A stretch of 64,000 nucleotides of DNA from an uncultured Alphaproteobacteria bacterium. Its GTDB lineage: Bacteria > Pseudomonadota > Alphaproteobacteria > Methylaequorales > Methylaequoraceae. A model generated the notes under the pieces. That model worked only from the letters and a program-made list of their open reading frames with translations. It ran no database searches and was not told the origin of the DNA. Positions 49,914 through 61,406 of this stretch are shown piece by piece. The first letter of the stretch is position 1, and every line of letters begins with the position of its first letter. The DNA lies in NCBI GenBank assembly GCA_902595755.1, contig CACJRF010000003.1, positions 56,580-120,579 on the forward strand, read 5' to 3'. The position numbers were made by a program, and so were the translations under genes.

Positions 49914-50165
49914 ATTTAGCTCTGTATATTAACTATTAATTGATTTAGTTTATAACTTTTTTTTAAGATAATCTTAGGGTGATGAAATTTACAAACTAAA
50001 GATTCAAAAAATTTTTATTTTGGGTGAGTTGATAATCAACTTTATAAAAATTTTATTAATTCAATAACGATTTTAATACCTTTTTGGACGCAAATCTAAA
50101 AGCTCGAAAAAAATTGATATTCAACATGAATGATATCTTACAATTAAATTTATGAATAACGAACT

Positions 50166-50369
50166 TTACTTAAATAAGTTTTTAATTTCTTTTTGAAGAA
50201 TTTCTCTCGTAATTTCCTTAGCATTTTTATCAAGCCATTCTTCAACTATTGATTTTATCAAATCCTTATCTTCAAAATTTGCTGAAGATTCTTTCTCACT
50301 TACTTTTCTAACTTTCGGTCCTACAGACTTTCTTACTTCATCAATAATATCAGAATTTTCTTTTTTCAT
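50166..50369 (-). CDS. Very short PopZ/DUF2497-like protein
   Basis: LIKSIVEEWLDKNAKEITREILQKEI resembles the PopZ C-terminus (Lrp.lkeWLd.nLp.lVe..v..EI). Confidence 0.65.
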   Translation of the reverse strand: MKKENSDIIDEVRKSVGPKVRKVSEKESSANFEDKDLIKSIVEEWLDKNAKEITREILQKEIKNLFK

Positions 50370-50809
50370 ATTTTTTTACTTCTATCAATTTTTTTATCAA
50401 CAGCATCAATTAAGCTGTCTATACTTTTTTCGTCAATAACTTCCGAATGTAATTTTACTTTTGATTTTATATCTTTTTTGAGTGAATCCATAACTATTTT
50501 TTGCTGAAATCTTGGAAATGTATTAAAGTCTTTTCCATATATATCCCCTACCCTTTTTACTATTAATTCAATTTTCTTTTTATATAAATTTGAATCAATT
50601 AATTCTTGTTTATATAAATCTTTAAGAACTATTAATTTCTCTTCGTACTTTTCTAGAGCATCAATATCAATCTTAATAGCTTCCTCTTTGTCAACTAGTT
50701 CAATTGGTTTTTTATTTGTATACTTTTTTGAACCTAATAAAAAAACAACAAAGATAGCTATTATAGCTAAATAAGATTGGTTATCTTCAAAAATTTTTAA
50801 AATATCCAT
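50366..50809 (-). CDS. Single-TM protein with SHOCT-like segment
   Basis: N-terminal TM; EEKLIVLKDLYKQELIDSNLYKKK resembles a SHOCT motif; ATGA overlap with the PopZ-like gene. Confidence 0.55.
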   Translation of the reverse strand: MDILKIFEDNQSYLAIIAIFVVFLLGSKKYTNKKPIELVDKEEAIKIDIDALEKYEEKLIVLKDLYKQELIDSNLYKKKIELIVKRVGDIYGKDFNTFPRFQQKIVMDSLKKDIKSKVKLHSEVIDEKSIDSLIDAVDKKIDRSKKI

Positions 50810-50886
50810 AAAAGTCAAAATAAACTAAGATTGTGAATTGTTAAAATTTAAGGTTATTATATATTAAATTTTTAAAAAATAATAAG

Positions 50887-51312
50887 ATGAATAAAAAAAG
50901 AAAAGTCGATGATGTTCTTGAATCCATTTTTAATTTAATTCAAGAAGCACATAAAGAATTAAAAGAATCAAAAAAAAATGGTCAAAATCATAACAACCTT
51001 TTAATTGAAAAAGAAAAATCAATTAACGTTCATAAAAGTTTAATAGAGGAAAAGAAAGTAAGTAATTCAAAAAGTAGGGATGATGACTGGTCTAATCTTA
51101 ATTTCAAAAGGATTGAATTTACCAAGTATCAAAATACTACTTATAACGGTGAATCTACGAAAATCACCCAAGGACATTGGCTTTCTGATGATAATATAAA
51201 AAAAGTTTTTTTTGATTCACTTAAAGATTGGAATAAAAAAAATCTAAAAAATTTAACAGAAAATACCTATCAAGAAATTATAAAAGAGAGCTTAAAAAAA
51301 AAACTAAAATAA
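50887..51312 (+). CDS. Divergent PopZ-like protein
   Basis: N-terminal VDDVLESIFNLIQE (cf. mEeILaSIRrii.e), low-complexity middle, C-terminal SLKDWNKKNLKNLTENTYQEII. Confidence 0.5.
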   Translation: MNKKRKVDDVLESIFNLIQEAHKELKESKKNGQNHNNLLIEKEKSINVHKSLIEEKKVSNSKSRDDDWSNLNFKRIEFTKYQNTTYNGESTKITQGHWLSDDNIKKVFFDSLKDWNKKNLKNLTENTYQEIIKESLKKKLK

Positions 51313-52050
51313 TTTAGGCTTACCATTCTTAATTTTTAAATACTCAAAAACCTCAAGGGACGAAATATTTATTAGCTCTTCATTATCACCAACAAATACT
51401 ATAGAGACACCAAATGAATTTTTTTTAAAATATGGATAACTTCCAATCTCTAAATCCTTATATTTTTTTTGAATATCACTCAAATAACTGCCGATAATAC
51501 CTTCAGACAAGATAGTTGAAATTGTTTTTTTATAAAATAAAACTTCGTTATCAATTTTTTTAAAGAATTCATCTATCATTACTTCTAAAATCTTTGGAAC
51601 TCCAGGAAAAACATATATATTTTCAATTATAAATCCTGGAGCTATACTTACTGGATTGTCAATTAGCTCCGACCCTTTTGGCATATATGCCATTTTTTGT
51701 CTTGCTTCTGTATATTCTTCGTCTAAATAATGTTTTTCTAACCTTTTCCATGCTTCAGCATTTATTTCGAATGGTAATTTTAAAGCTTTAGAAATAGATT
51801 TTGAAGTTATATCGTCGTGGGTCGGACCAATTCCTCCAGTTGTAAATATATAATCGCTAGATTTTCTAAACTCATTTACTTTTTGGATTATATTTTTTTC
51901 ATCATCTGGTACTACACTTATTGAATTACATTTAATACCTTTCAGCCTAAGTTTTTTAGCAATATAGTTAGAATTAGTGTCAAGTGTTTTACCCGAAAGA
52001 ATTTCATTTCCTATAATAATTATACTCGCGATTTTTCTTTTTATTTTCAT
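51304..52050 (-). CDS. CinA-like molybdopterin-binding-domain protein
   Basis: IGNEILSGKTLDTN, TTGGIGPTHDDIT and PGVP. Confidence 0.9.
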   Translation of the reverse strand: MKIKRKIASIIIIGNEILSGKTLDTNSNYIAKKLRLKGIKCNSISVVPDDEKNIIQKVNEFRKSSDYIFTTGGIGPTHDDITSKSISKALKLPFEINAEAWKRLEKHYLDEEYTEARQKMAYMPKGSELIDNPVSIAPGFIIENIYVFPGVPKILEVMIDEFFKKIDNEVLFYKKTISTILSEGIIGSYLSDIQKKYKDLEIGSYPYFKKNSFGVSIVFVGDNEELINISSLEVFEYLKIKNGKPKLF

Positions 52051-52101
52051 TAAAATTTTTACTGTAAGTTTTAATCATTATATTATAAATTAACATCTTG
52101 A

Positions 52102-52893
52102 ATGACAAATAATATTAAATTACATACCAAATCAGACTTTGAAAATATGAGAAGAGCAGGCAGCTTAGCAGCAGATTGCCTAGACTATATTACAAAATAT
52201 GTAAGACCAGGTGTTTCAACTTTAAAGTTAGATCAACTTTGTCATGAATTCCAAGTATCTAAAGGAGCTGTACCTGCCCCACTTAATTACAAAGGTTTCC
52301 CTAAATCTATTTGCACCTCAGTAAATCATGTTGTTTGCCATGGTATCCCGAGTGAAAAAGTTCTAAGCGAAGGAGATATTATAAACATTGATGTTACGCC
52401 CAAATTAGATGGCTGGCATGGTGACACAAGTAGAATGTTTTATGTAGGTGAAGTTAAATTGAAAGCTAGAAAATTAGTTGAAACAACATATGAAGCGATG
52501 ATGAGAGGAATAGAAATTATAAAACCTGGGATTACAACTGGTGATATTGGACATGCCATACAGTCATTTGCAGAAAGAAAAAATTACTCAGTTGTTCGTG
52601 ATTTCTGTGGACATGGTCTAGGAAAAGTTTTTCATGATCAACCAAGTATTCTTCACTTTGGTAATCCAGGAGAGGGTGTAGAATTAATTGAGGGTATGTT
52701 TTTTACAGTTGAACCAATGATTAATATTGGAAACTACAATGTTAAAGTTCTATCCGATGGTTGGACTGCTGTAACATCGGATAAGTCACTATCTGCTCAG
52801 TTTGAACATTCAGTGGGGGTAACCTCCAATGGGTTTGAAATTTTCACAACATCAAAAAAAAAGTTTAATTATCCACCCTATATTTTATTATGA
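52102..52893 (+). CDS. map: Methionine aminopeptidase type I
   Basis: CTSVNHVVCHGIP, HGDTSR, GHGLG, EPMIN and AQFEHS. Confidence 0.97.
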   Translation: MTNNIKLHTKSDFENMRRAGSLAADCLDYITKYVRPGVSTLKLDQLCHEFQVSKGAVPAPLNYKGFPKSICTSVNHVVCHGIPSEKVLSEGDIINIDVTPKLDGWHGDTSRMFYVGEVKLKARKLVETTYEAMMRGIEIIKPGITTGDIGHAIQSFAERKNYSVVRDFCGHGLGKVFHDQPSILHFGNPGEGVELIEGMFFTVEPMINIGNYNVKVLSDGWTAVTSDKSLSAQFEHSVGVTSNGFEIFTTSKKKFNYPPYILL

Positions 52894-54191
52894 TTCCACG
52901 TTATTCAAGAAAAGAAATAAGAAAAATTTGGGAACCAGAAAATAAATTTAAAATCTGGTTAGATATAGAGATTGCCATATGCGAAGCTTTAGAAAAGATA
53001 GGGTTCATTCCAAAAAGTGCACTCAAAAATATAAAAACTAATTCAAGTTTCAACGTTAATAGAATCGATCAAATAGAAAAAGAAGTAAAGCACGATGTTA
53101 TTGCATTTTTGACAAATATTGCTGAGAATGTAGGTGCTGATTCTAAGTTCATACATATGGGAGTTACTTCTTCAGATATAATTGACACAGCATTATCTAT
53201 ACAATTAAAACAATCTTCAAAAATTATAAAAAAAGAACTAAAAAATCTCATAGAAATGCTTAAAACAAGAGCAAATGAACATAAATTAACTCCATGTATT
53301 GGTCGAAGTCATGGAATTTTTGCTGAGCCCACCACATTTGGTTTAAAATTATTAGCTAAATATTGTGAATTCAAAAGACATCTAAAAAGATTAAATTTTG
53401 TAGAAAAAGAAATATCTATTTGTTCTATTTCTGGGGCAGTTGGAACTTTTGCTAATATTGCACCAAATGTTGAATCCTATGTTGCTAAAAAACTCAAATT
53501 ACAAATTGAGTCAATTTCAACCCAAATAATACCTAGAGATAGACATGCATCTTTTTTTTCATGTTTAGCTTTAATCGCTTCATCAATAGAAAATTTAGCT
53601 ATTGAAATTAGGCATCTTCAACGTAGTGAAGTAAGAGAAGTTGAAGAGTATTTTTCTCAAAATCAAAAAGGATCCTCGGCGATGCCCCATAAAAGAAATC
53701 CTATTTTAAGTGAAAATCTTACAGGTTTAGCTCGAATAATAAGGTCGAGCGCAATTCCTTTCATGGAAAATATTGCCTTGTGGCATGAAAGAGATATTTC
53801 ACATTCCTCGGTAGAAAGAACAATTGGACCCGATTCTATAGTTTTAACAGACTTTGCTCTTAGTAGATTATCATCGGTGGTAAAAAATTTGGTGGTTGAC
53901 AAGAAAATGATGCTGAAAAATCTAGAAAAAACAAATGGTCTTTATAACTCCCAGAGATTAATGTTAAAATTAATAGAAAAAGGTGAGTTCTCCAGAGAGG
54001 AAGCTTATAAAATTGTTCAGAATTTAGCAATGGAATCTTGGAAAAAAGATAAAAATTTCAAGAATATCGTAAAAAATAATAAAAAAATATCTATGACGTT
54101 AAATAAAAAAGAAATTGAAAATATTTTTGATATACAATATCACCTTAAGAATATAGATGAGATGTTTGAAAGAGTTTTAAATGAAAAATAA
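52890..54191 (+). CDS. purB: Adenylosuccinate lyase
   Basis: MIPRYSR and [11 protein letters not shown]. Confidence 0.97.
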   Translation: MIPRYSRKEIRKIWEPENKFKIWLDIEIAICEALEKIGFIPKSALKNIKTNSSFNVNRIDQIEKEVKHDVIAFLTNIAENVGADSKFIHMGVTSSDIIDTALSIQLKQSSKIIKKELKNLIEMLKTRANEHKLTPCIGRSHGIFAEPTTFGLKLLAKYCEFKRHLKRLNFVEKEISICSISGAVGTFANIAPNVESYVAKKLKLQIESISTQIIPRDRHASFFSCLALIASSIENLAIEIRHLQRSEVREVEEYFSQNQKGSSAMPHKRNPILSENLTGLARIIRSSAIPFMENIALWHERDISHSSVERTIGPDSIVLTDFALSRLSSVVKNLVVDKKMMLKNLEKTNGLYNSQRLMLKLIEKGEFSREEAYKIVQNLAMESWKKDKNFKNIVKNNKKISMTLNKKEIENIFDIQYHLKNIDEMFERVLNEK

Positions 54192-54939
54192 AGAAAAAAT
54201 TTATGAAGGAAAAGCTAAAATTATTTATAAAGGAACAAAACCAAATACTCTGATTCAATATTTTAAGGATGATGCTACAGCATTTAATAATAAAAAAAAA
54301 TCAATAATCCCTGGAAAAGGAGTTTTGAATAACTTTATTTCTGAATTATTAATGTCAAGATTATCAGAAATCAATGTGCCAAATCATTTTATAAAAAGAC
54401 TGAATATGAGAGAACAATTAGTAAGGAAACTAGAAATTATTCCAGTAGAGGTTGTAGTGAGAAATGTTGCTACCGGATCTTTAGTGAAAAGACTTGGTAT
54501 TAAAGATGGAAAGGTTTTATCAAGACCCATTATTGAATTTTATTTAAAAAATGATGATTTAAATGATCCTATTATATCAGATGAACATATAATAGTTTTT
54601 GAATGGGCTACCCACCAAGAACTTGAAGAAATAATATCAATTGCGTCTAGAGTAAATGATTTTCTAACTGGTTATTTTTTCTCGCAAAGCATTAGATTAG
54701 TTGACTTTAAGATAGAATTTGGAAGATTCTGGGACAGCGACGAATCTATATTAATGTTAGCAGATGAAATAAGTCCTGATAATTGTAGATTATGGGATAT
54801 AAAGACTAACAAGAAACTTGATAAAGATCGTTTCAGACAAGACCTTGGTGACGTTGATAAAGCTTACCAGGAGGTTGCTTATAGGCTTGGAGTTTTATCT
54901 GAGAATGAATTTAAGAAAGTTATAAAAAATGATTTATAG
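54181..54939 (+). CDS. purC: SAICAR synthase
   Basis: YEGKAK, DFKIEFG and [13 protein letters not shown]. Confidence 0.97.
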   Translation: MKNKEKIYEGKAKIIYKGTKPNTLIQYFKDDATAFNNKKKSIIPGKGVLNNFISELLMSRLSEINVPNHFIKRLNMREQLVRKLEIIPVEVVVRNVATGSLVKRLGIKDGKVLSRPIIEFYLKNDDLNDPIISDEHIIVFEWATHQELEEIISIASRVNDFLTGYFFSQSIRLVDFKIEFGRFWDSDESILMLADEISPDNCRLWDIKTNKKLDKDRFRQDLGDVDKAYQEVAYRLGVLSENEFKKVIKNDL

Positions 54940-55159
54940 AGTGTATGTTGAATTTAAACCTGGAATACTCGACCCTGAGTCAGAGGCTATAAAAAGAACA
55001 GTGAATCAGCTAGGATTTTCAAATGTAGAAAATATTTCAAAAGGTAAGTTTTTTGATATCGAACTTTCGTCAAACAACTGTTTATCTGATATCGAAAAAA
55101 TAAGCAAAGAGCTTTTGTCTAACCCTGTAATTGAAAACTTTAAAGTAGTAAAAAAATAA
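54929..55159 (+). CDS. purS: FGAM synthase subunit PurS
   Basis: KPGILDPE and [10 protein letters not shown]. Confidence 0.95.
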   Translation: MIYRVYVEFKPGILDPESEAIKRTVNQLGFSNVENISKGKFFDIELSSNNCLSDIEKISKELLSNPVIENFKVVKK

Positions 55160-55163
55160 ATTT

Positions 55164-55850
55164 GTGAATAAGGAAGTATCTATAATTCATTTCCCAGGAT
55201 CTAATTGTGATAGAGACCTAGCTGTTGCAATTAAATATTGCCTTAAATTAAAGCCTAAATTTTTGTGGCACAACGAAAGTCACATAAAAGATCCAGGCAT
55301 AATTTTTATTCCTGGTGGCTTTTCTTTTGGAGATTATTTAAGAGCCGGAATATTAGCCACAAAGTCTCCAGCTATCAAAGAGGTTATTAGACACGCAAAA
55401 AAAGGGGTACCAATAATTGGGATATGTAACGGTTTTCAAATCTTAACCGAATGCAAATTATTAGAGGGAGCATTAATAAAAAACTCAAGCCAATTATTTA
55501 GTTGTAAAAAAGTTTTTTTAAGAATTGAAAATAAAAAAAATTATTTCACTAAAAATATTAAAAAGGGGGTTGTACAATATCCAATTGCACACTCACAAGG
55601 TAAATTTTATGTGGATGATTATAACTTAAAAAAACTTCAAGATAATGATCAAATTATGTTTAAATATTCCTCTAAAACTGGTGATATAAGTGATAAATAT
55701 AATCCAAATGGTTCTGTTCAAAATATTGCAGGAATTGTAAATAAAAAAAAAAATGTTCTTGGTTTAATGCCTCACCCTGAAAGAGCAATTGACAGTTTTA
55801 GTGGTAGAGATGGTATAGTTTTTTTTAACGGGCTAAATGAGTTGATATGA
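55164..55850 (+). CDS. purQ: FGAM synthase subunit PurQ
   Basis: [27 protein letters not shown] and MPHPER. Confidence 0.97.
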   Translation: MNKEVSIIHFPGSNCDRDLAVAIKYCLKLKPKFLWHNESHIKDPGIIFIPGGFSFGDYLRAGILATKSPAIKEVIRHAKKGVPIIGICNGFQILTECKLLEGALIKNSSQLFSCKKVFLRIENKKNYFTKNIKKGVVQYPIAHSQGKFYVDDYNLKKLQDNDQIMFKYSSKTGDISDKYNPNGSVQNIAGIVNKKKNVLGLMPHPERAIDSFSGRDGIVFFNGLNELI

Positions 55851-58036
55851 ATTTAGAAAATAATTTAATAAATGCTAAAACTATTATTGATCATGGAATT
55901 AGTAAATCCGAATATAATCGGATTTTAAAAATTCTAAAAAGGGAACCTAATTTACTTGAATTAGGTATTTTCTCAGTAATGTGGAGCGAACACTGTTCAT
56001 ATAAATCTACCAAAAAATGGTTAAAAACTTTACCAACAAATGGGGAGCATGTAATTTGTGGTCCAGGAGAAAATGCTGGAATAATTGATATTGGAGGAAA
56101 TGATGCAATTGTGTTTAAAATGGAAAGTCACAATCACCCCTCTTTTATTGAACCTTATCAAGGTGCTGCAACTGGAGTTGGAGGTATTATGAGGGATGTC
56201 TTTACAATGGGAGCTCGTCCAATTGCAAATTTAAATTCGTTACGCTTTGGCGAACCATCCAATATTAAAACTAAAAACCTACTCCAAGGTGTTGTTAAAG
56301 GTATTGGTGATTATGGAAATTGTGTTGGGATTCCAACAGTTGGAGGAGAGTGCTCTTTTCATAAGTCCTATAATAATAATATTTTAGTTAATGCTATGTG
56401 TGTTGGTTTAGTTAAAAAAAATAAAATTTTTTATTCTAAGGCAAAAGGGATTGGAAATCCTATTATTTATGTTGGCTCTAAAACTGGTAGAGATGGAATA
56501 CATGGGGCAACAATGGCATCAGCTGAATTTGATGATACTTCAATTGATCAAAGACCTCAAGTTCAAGTTGGAGACCCTTTCATGGAAAAACTCTTGCTTG
56601 AATCTTGTCAGGAACTTATGAAAGAAGACGCTATAATTGCTATTCAGGATATGGGAGCAGCTGGACTAACATCCTCTTCATTTGAAATGGCATCAAAAGG
56701 AAATTGTGGAGTTAAGTTATTCCTGAACGAAGTTCCTTGTAGAGAAAGTAAAATGACACCTTATGAGATGATGTTATCGGAAACACAAGAAAGGATGTTA
56801 ATGGTCATTAAACCCGATAAAAAAAAAATTACTTTTGATATTTTTAAAAAGTGGGGGTTAGAAGCAATAGAAATTGGTCATCTTACAGATACGGGAAAAA
56901 TGCAAATGTACTTTAATAATCGTCTTGTAGGAGAACTACCTATAAAACCTTTGGCTGATTCAGCACCAGAATATGATAGACCAAGGAAGAAAAAAGCATT
57001 TAAAACAATCAAAGTTAAAAAGAGAAATTTACAAATTGAAAATGTCTTCTTGGAAATGATTTCTAGCCCTAATCATTCATCAAAAGAATGGTTATTTCGT
57101 CAATATGATAATATGGTTATGTGCGATACTATTTTTTCTTCTGAAGAGTCTGATGCGGCAATTGTAAGAATCCATAAAACAAAAAAAGCAGTGGCAATTA
57201 CCTGTGATTGCAACCCTATTTTTTGTTATACTGATCCCAAACTTGGCGCAAAGCTTGCCGTCGCTGAATCATGGAGAAATTTAATTGCTTCTGGAGCTAA
57301 ACCCTTAGCAGTCACTGATAATCTTAACTTTGGTAATCCTGAAAAAAAAGATGTGATGTATCAAATAAAAAAGGCAATCGAGGGCATTAAGGTTGCCTGT
57401 ACAAAACTATCATTTCCTGTTGTTTCAGGTAATGTCTCTCTTTATAATGAGACAAAAGGTAAATCTATACTTCCGACACCTGTAATTGGTGGTGTAGGCT
57501 TAATTGAGGATCTAAAGTTTGTTACAGGAATTAATATGAAAATGGATGATTCTATTTTTATAATTGGATATACAAAAGGGCATCTTGGTCTATCGGTATA
57601 TAATCAGATTTGTGGATATAAATATGGAAAACCTCCATCTATCGATTTTGATAATGAAATTAAAAATGGTAATTTTGTTTATAATGCTATCAGAGAAGTT
57701 GGTATTTCAGGCTGTCATGATGTTTCTGAAGGTGGAATTATAATGTCGTTAGCTGAACTATGTATCAAAAATAAACTTGGTATACAAATTAGTATTCCTG
57801 ATGAAATTAAAAAGGAAAATTGGCTTTTTGGTGAAGATTCGTCGAGATATATTATAATAACAAATAATGAAAAAAAATTACTTAAATATGCAAAAAAAAT
57901 GAACGTATTTGTTAAAAATATAGGTAAAGTTAAAGGAAGTTCATTTAAAATTATAAATGAGTTTGAAATTTCATTAAAAGATCTTATAACATATAATAAA
58001 CAATGGTTTAAAAATTATATAGATATTGAAAAATGA
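55847..58036 (+). CDS. purL: FGAM synthase subunit PurL
   Basis: [17 protein letters not shown] and QDMGAAGL. Confidence 0.97.
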   Translation: MNLENNLINAKTIIDHGISKSEYNRILKILKREPNLLELGIFSVMWSEHCSYKSTKKWLKTLPTNGEHVICGPGENAGIIDIGGNDAIVFKMESHNHPSFIEPYQGAATGVGGIMRDVFTMGARPIANLNSLRFGEPSNIKTKNLLQGVVKGIGDYGNCVGIPTVGGECSFHKSYNNNILVNAMCVGLVKKNKIFYSKAKGIGNPIIYVGSKTGRDGIHGATMASAEFDDTSIDQRPQVQVGDPFMEKLLLESCQELMKEDAIIAIQDMGAAGLTSSSFEMASKGNCGVKLFLNEVPCRESKMTPYEMMLSETQERMLMVIKPDKKKITFDIFKKWGLEAIEIGHLTDTGKMQMYFNNRLVGELPIKPLADSAPEYDRPRKKKAFKTIKVKKRNLQIENVFLEMISSPNHSSKEWLFRQYDNMVMCDTIFSSEESDAAIVRIHKTKKAVAITCDCNPIFCYTDPKLGAKLAVAESWRNLIASGAKPLAVTDNLNFGNPEKKDVMYQIKKAIEGIKVACTKLSFPVVSGNVSLYNETKGKSILPTPVIGGVGLIEDLKFVTGINMKMDDSIFIIGYTKGHLGLSVYNQICGYKYGKPPSIDFDNEIKNGNFVYNAIREVGISGCHDVSEGGIIMSLAELCIKNKLGIQISIPDEIKKENWLFGEDSSRYIIITNNEKKLLKYAKKMNVFVKNIGKVKGSSFKIINEFEISLKDLITYNKQWFKNYIDIEK

Positions 58037-58269
58037 CCTTAACTCCTGATGAAGTAACAAGCCTTATTAAAAAAGACCTACCAGATGCAGAAATAGATAT
58101 TACTGATTTAAAAGGTGATAACAATCATTATCATGCAAAAATTGTATCTTCAAGGTTTAATGGACTTTCAAAAATCAATCAACATAAACTTGTTTACCAA
58201 GCTTTAGGTAAACATATGGGTACAACATTACATGCATTAATGCTTACCACAAAAGCAAATAATGATTAG
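58033..58269 (+). CDS. bolA: BolA-family protein
   Basis: [19 protein letters not shown] and LHAL. Confidence 0.92.
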   Translation: MTLTPDEVTSLIKKDLPDAEIDITDLKGDNNHYHAKIVSSRFNGLSKINQHKLVYQALGKHMGTTLHALMLTTKANND

Positions 58270-58283
58270 AGAAAGGAAAGTAA

Positions 58284-58619
58284 ATGGAAAAGATTAAAAA
58301 TAAAATACAAAAATTCGTAGACACAGATAATGTTGTTCTTTTTATGAAAGGAACTCCAGACTTCCCGCAATGTGGTTTTTCTGCTAATGCAGTTGCAATT
58401 CTAAATTATTTTAATGTAGAATTTAAAAGCTATAATGTATTAGAAAATGATGAATTAAGACAAGGAATAAAGCAATTTTCGGATTGGCCCACTATCCCCC
58501 AAATTTATATCAATCAAGAGTTTATAGGAGGGTTTGACATTCTAAAAGATATGGCCGAAAGCGGGGATTTTGAGAAGGTTCTAAAAGAAAAAAAAATAAG
58601 CTTTAAGATTCAAAACTAG
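58284..58619 (+). CDS. grxD: Monothiol glutaredoxin Grx4
   Basis: FMKGTP.FPQCGFS and WPTIPQ. Confidence 0.95.
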   Translation: MEKIKNKIQKFVDTDNVVLFMKGTPDFPQCGFSANAVAILNYFNVEFKSYNVLENDELRQGIKQFSDWPTIPQIYINQEFIGGFDILKDMAESGDFEKVLKEKKISFKIQN

Positions 58620-59365
58620 TGTTTATCATACTTTGCTTTCATTGCTGAAACTAATGGATAAATTGCACTTAACAGGCTAATAGTTAGGCCCTCATTTCCA
58701 GATAAAAAACCCTTTCTTGCTACATAACATTTTAGAAATCTTGATACTACTTTCCTAATAGAAAATAATTTCTCTAATTTGTGATTTTGCTCTACCAGAT
58801 CAATTGCATTAAATGATGTATTTCTATTAAATTTTTTTAATAAATCTGAAATATTATCTGACATATTATGAATTATATAATTTTCTAGTCCCTTACCTTT
58901 TCTGCCATGAATTTTATAACTTGGGTGAACTCTCCCGTTGAGCCAATACTTATTTTTCTTTTTAAATAAACAAAATTTTCCATCAGGTGCCATACACGCC
59001 ATCCATCCAAATTTTATTGCTTTCGTTCCAACATAATTTACTAACCTTATGTAATAATAATCAGACGATTTGCTTTTAATTGCATTACTAATTTCTACCG
59101 ATAGGTCTTGATTTATTATTTCATCCGCATCAATCTCTAAAATCCAGGTAAAATTACAATTTTTAATACCAAAATTTCTTCTTTCACCCTCTGAATGCCA
59201 ACTACCCTTAAATATTTTTTTTGTATATTTTCTACATATTGACTCAGTTTTATCAGTAGTTCTATCTAGAATAACAATTATCTCATCAGCAAAGTTAAGT
59301 GATTTAAGAGTACTTTCAATTTTTTTTTCCTCATTACGAGCTACTATTAAAGCACTAATTTTCAT
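58616..59365 (-). CDS. Glycosyltransferase family 2 (KdtX/WaaE-like)
   Basis: ARNEE, WILEIDADE and VHP. Confidence 0.88.
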   Translation of the reverse strand: MKISALIVARNEEKKIESTLKSLNFADEIIVILDRTTDKTESICRKYTKKIFKGSWHSEGERRNFGIKNCNFTWILEIDADEIINQDLSVEISNAIKSKSSDYYYIRLVNYVGTKAIKFGWMACMAPDGKFCLFKKKNKYWLNGRVHPSYKIHGRKGKGLENYIIHNMSDNISDLLKKFNRNTSFNAIDLVEQNHKLEKLFSIRKVVSRFLKCYVARKGFLSGNEGLTISLLSAIYPLVSAMKAKYDKH

Positions 59366-59426
59366 AACTATATTATAATTTTAAATTTTTTTTTTTAAAT
59401 AGGCATGGACATAATTATGTTTTTTA

Positions 59427-59467
59427 TTTAGAACTATTCTGATATATATTATTAGAACTATTCTATT
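59427..59467. promoter_or_regulatory. Two tandem Irr-box (ICE)-like sites upstream of the peroxiredoxin
   Basis: TTTAGAACTATTCTGAT (59427-59443) and ATTAGAACTATTCTATT (59451-59467) versus the ICE consensus TTTAGAA-N3-TTCTAAA. Confidence 0.7.
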
Positions 59468-59483
59468 TAAGAAAGGATTTTTA

Positions 59484-60011
59484 ATGTTTAAAACCATACC
59501 TGATGTAATATTTCAAACAAGAGTGAGAGATGATTCCTTAGGAGGAGACAACCCATTTAAATGGGAAAAAAAGAGCTCACACGATTACTTTTTAAACAAA
59601 AGAGTAATACTATTTTCCTTACCAGGCGCATTTACTCCAACTTGTTCCACATTTCAACTTCCTGATTTTAACAAGTTATATGACGATTTTAAAAATTTTG
59701 GAATTGACGAGATATACTGTATTTCTGTAAATGATGCATTTGTAATGAATGCATGGGCTAAACATCATGAAATAGGTAAAGTTAAAGTTATACCGGATGG
59801 TAGTGCAGAATTTACTAGAAAGATGGGAATGCTTGTTAAGAAAGATAATCTAGGTTTTGGTCTAAGATCTTGGAGATATGCCATGATAATTGACAATAAC
59901 GAAGTAGTGCAAACCTTTATTGAACCTGGTTTCAAAGATAACGCTGAAGATGATCCTTACGGGGAGACTTCTCCACAAAATATATTGAAATATTTAAAGC
60001 AGGAATCTTAA
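59484..60011 (+). CDS. Peroxiredoxin (Prx5/type II)
   Basis: LPGAFTPTCS, SVNDAFVMNAW and GFG.RSWRYAM. Confidence 0.95.
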   Translation: MFKTIPDVIFQTRVRDDSLGGDNPFKWEKKSSHDYFLNKRVILFSLPGAFTPTCSTFQLPDFNKLYDDFKNFGIDEIYCISVNDAFVMNAWAKHHEIGKVKVIPDGSAEFTRKMGMLVKKDNLGFGLRSWRYAMIIDNNEVVQTFIEPGFKDNAEDDPYGETSPQNILKYLKQES

Positions 60012-60024
60012 GTTGCAGTTAACT

Positions 60025-60642
60025 TTACCTTGAATAATATTCAATTACTAGATTAGGCTCCATTATGACAGGGTATGGAACCTCATCTAATTTTGGACCT
60101 TTTAAAAATGTACCTTTAAGCTTATCATAGTCTACTGATAAATATTCTGGGGTATCTCTTTCAGTTGAGCTAATAGCTTCAAGAACTATAGGAATTTCCT
60201 TACTTGATTCTTTAATCTCAATAACATCACCGTCTTTAACTGAGTAAGATGGGATAGTTAATTTTTTTCCATTCACTAAAACATGGCCATGACTAACAAA
60301 TTGTCTGGCTGCAAAAACCGTAGTTACAAACTTCATTCTATATACAGCGGCGTCTAATCTTCTTTCTAGTAATTGTATAAGATTCTCACTTGTATTGCCC
60401 TTAAGGTTAGAGGCTTTAAAAAAAATGTTTCTAAATTGTTTTTCAGTTATATAACCATAATGACCTTTAAGTTTTTGTTTTGCCATCAGCTGGATGCCAA
60501 AGTCTGATGGTTTTTTCTTTCTTGTTTGACCATTTAAGCCTGGGGGATAATCTCTCTTATTAAATGGACTTTTAGGCCTCCCCCATAAATTACATTTTAA
60601 TCTTCTATCTATTTTATATTTTGATTTTAGAATTCTAGTCAT
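60025..60642 (-). CDS. rpsD: 30S ribosomal protein S4
   Basis: [19 protein letters not shown] and ARQFVSHGH. Start placed at the ATG at 60642. Confidence 0.97.
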   Translation of the reverse strand: MTRILKSKYKIDRRLKCNLWGRPKSPFNKRDYPPGLNGQTRKKKPSDFGIQLMAKQKLKGHYGYITEKQFRNIFFKASNLKGNTSENLIQLLERRLDAAVYRMKFVTTVFAARQFVSHGHVLVNGKKLTIPSYSVKDGDVIEIKESSKEIPIVLEAISSTERDTPEYLSVDYDKLKGTFLKGPKLDEVPYPVIMEPNLVIEYYSR

Positions 60643-60682
60643 ATTGTAGGTGAATATACTTATTAAATTACTTATGTCAAAT

Positions 60683-61402
60683 TTATTTACCTCTTTTTTT
60701 AAGGGCTTTAAAAATACCAATCAGAATTTTTATATCGTCACTTGTTAAATCAATTTTATTAAATATATTCATGATTTTTTGCGTCATTATTTTTTTTCTT
60801 TCTTTTATTAAAAAGAATTCTTTTTCATCAAGATCATTTATTAAAAGCTTCATAAAGTTTATAAGTTCAGACTTTTTTGCTTTATGGGGGTGGGTATTTA
60901 TATTATTTGTTTTATTTCCAATTCTTGAAATTTCATAACAAATCAAGTTTACGGCATGCGATAAGTTTAAAGATGAAAACTTTTTATTAGTGTTAATCTT
61001 TAACACATAATCGCATAAAACAATCTTATCATTATCTAAACCACACCTTTCCGGACCGAATACAATCCCAATTTTATTTTTATTATTTTTTAAAATATTT
61101 GAAAGATGACTAAAGCTAATAACCTTCTGTTTTATAGACCTTGTCCTATTAGTGGTTGCAATAATTACATTAAAATGTTTAATGGCTTCATCAAAATTTT
61201 CATATACCCTTGTTTTATCTATAACAATATCTGCACCTGCACAAACTGGTCTAATTTTTTCATGGTTTAAATTAAACTCTGGTGAAACTAGTTTCAATTT
61301 TTTAAAATTAAAGTTCAACATTGATCTAGCCACCGCACCAAGATTTTCAGGAAGTTGTGTATTTACCAATATAATTTCTGGCAAGTTCTTCAATTTTTCC
61401 AT
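60683..61402 (-). CDS. trmJ: TrmJ/LasT SPOUT tRNA methyltransferase
   Basis: [19 protein letters not shown] and SSLNLSHAV. Confidence 0.9.
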   Translation of the reverse strand: MEKLKNLPEIILVNTQLPENLGAVARSMLNFNFKKLKLVSPEFNLNHEKIRPVCAGADIVIDKTRVYENFDEAIKHFNVIIATTNRTRSIKQKVISFSHLSNILKNNKNKIGIVFGPERCGLDNDKIVLCDYVLKINTNKKFSSLNLSHAVNLICYEISRIGNKTNNINTHPHKAKKSELINFMKLLINDLDEKEFFLIKERKKIMTQKIMNIFNKIDLTSDDIKILIGIFKALKKRGK

Positions 61403-61406
61403 ATGT

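Noticed and set aside
50029..50039. FNR/FixK box
   Set aside because: The TTGAT/ATCAA half-sites are separated by 1 nt rather than the required 4.
48319..50165. Possible integrative element at tRNA-Leu
   Set aside because: No integrase and no duplicated tRNA end (att) found; the variable gene lies on the 5' side of the tRNA.
52102..58619. map-purB-purCSQL-bolA-grxD run
   Set aside because: Ordinary housekeeping genes in largely typical alphaproteobacterial order.
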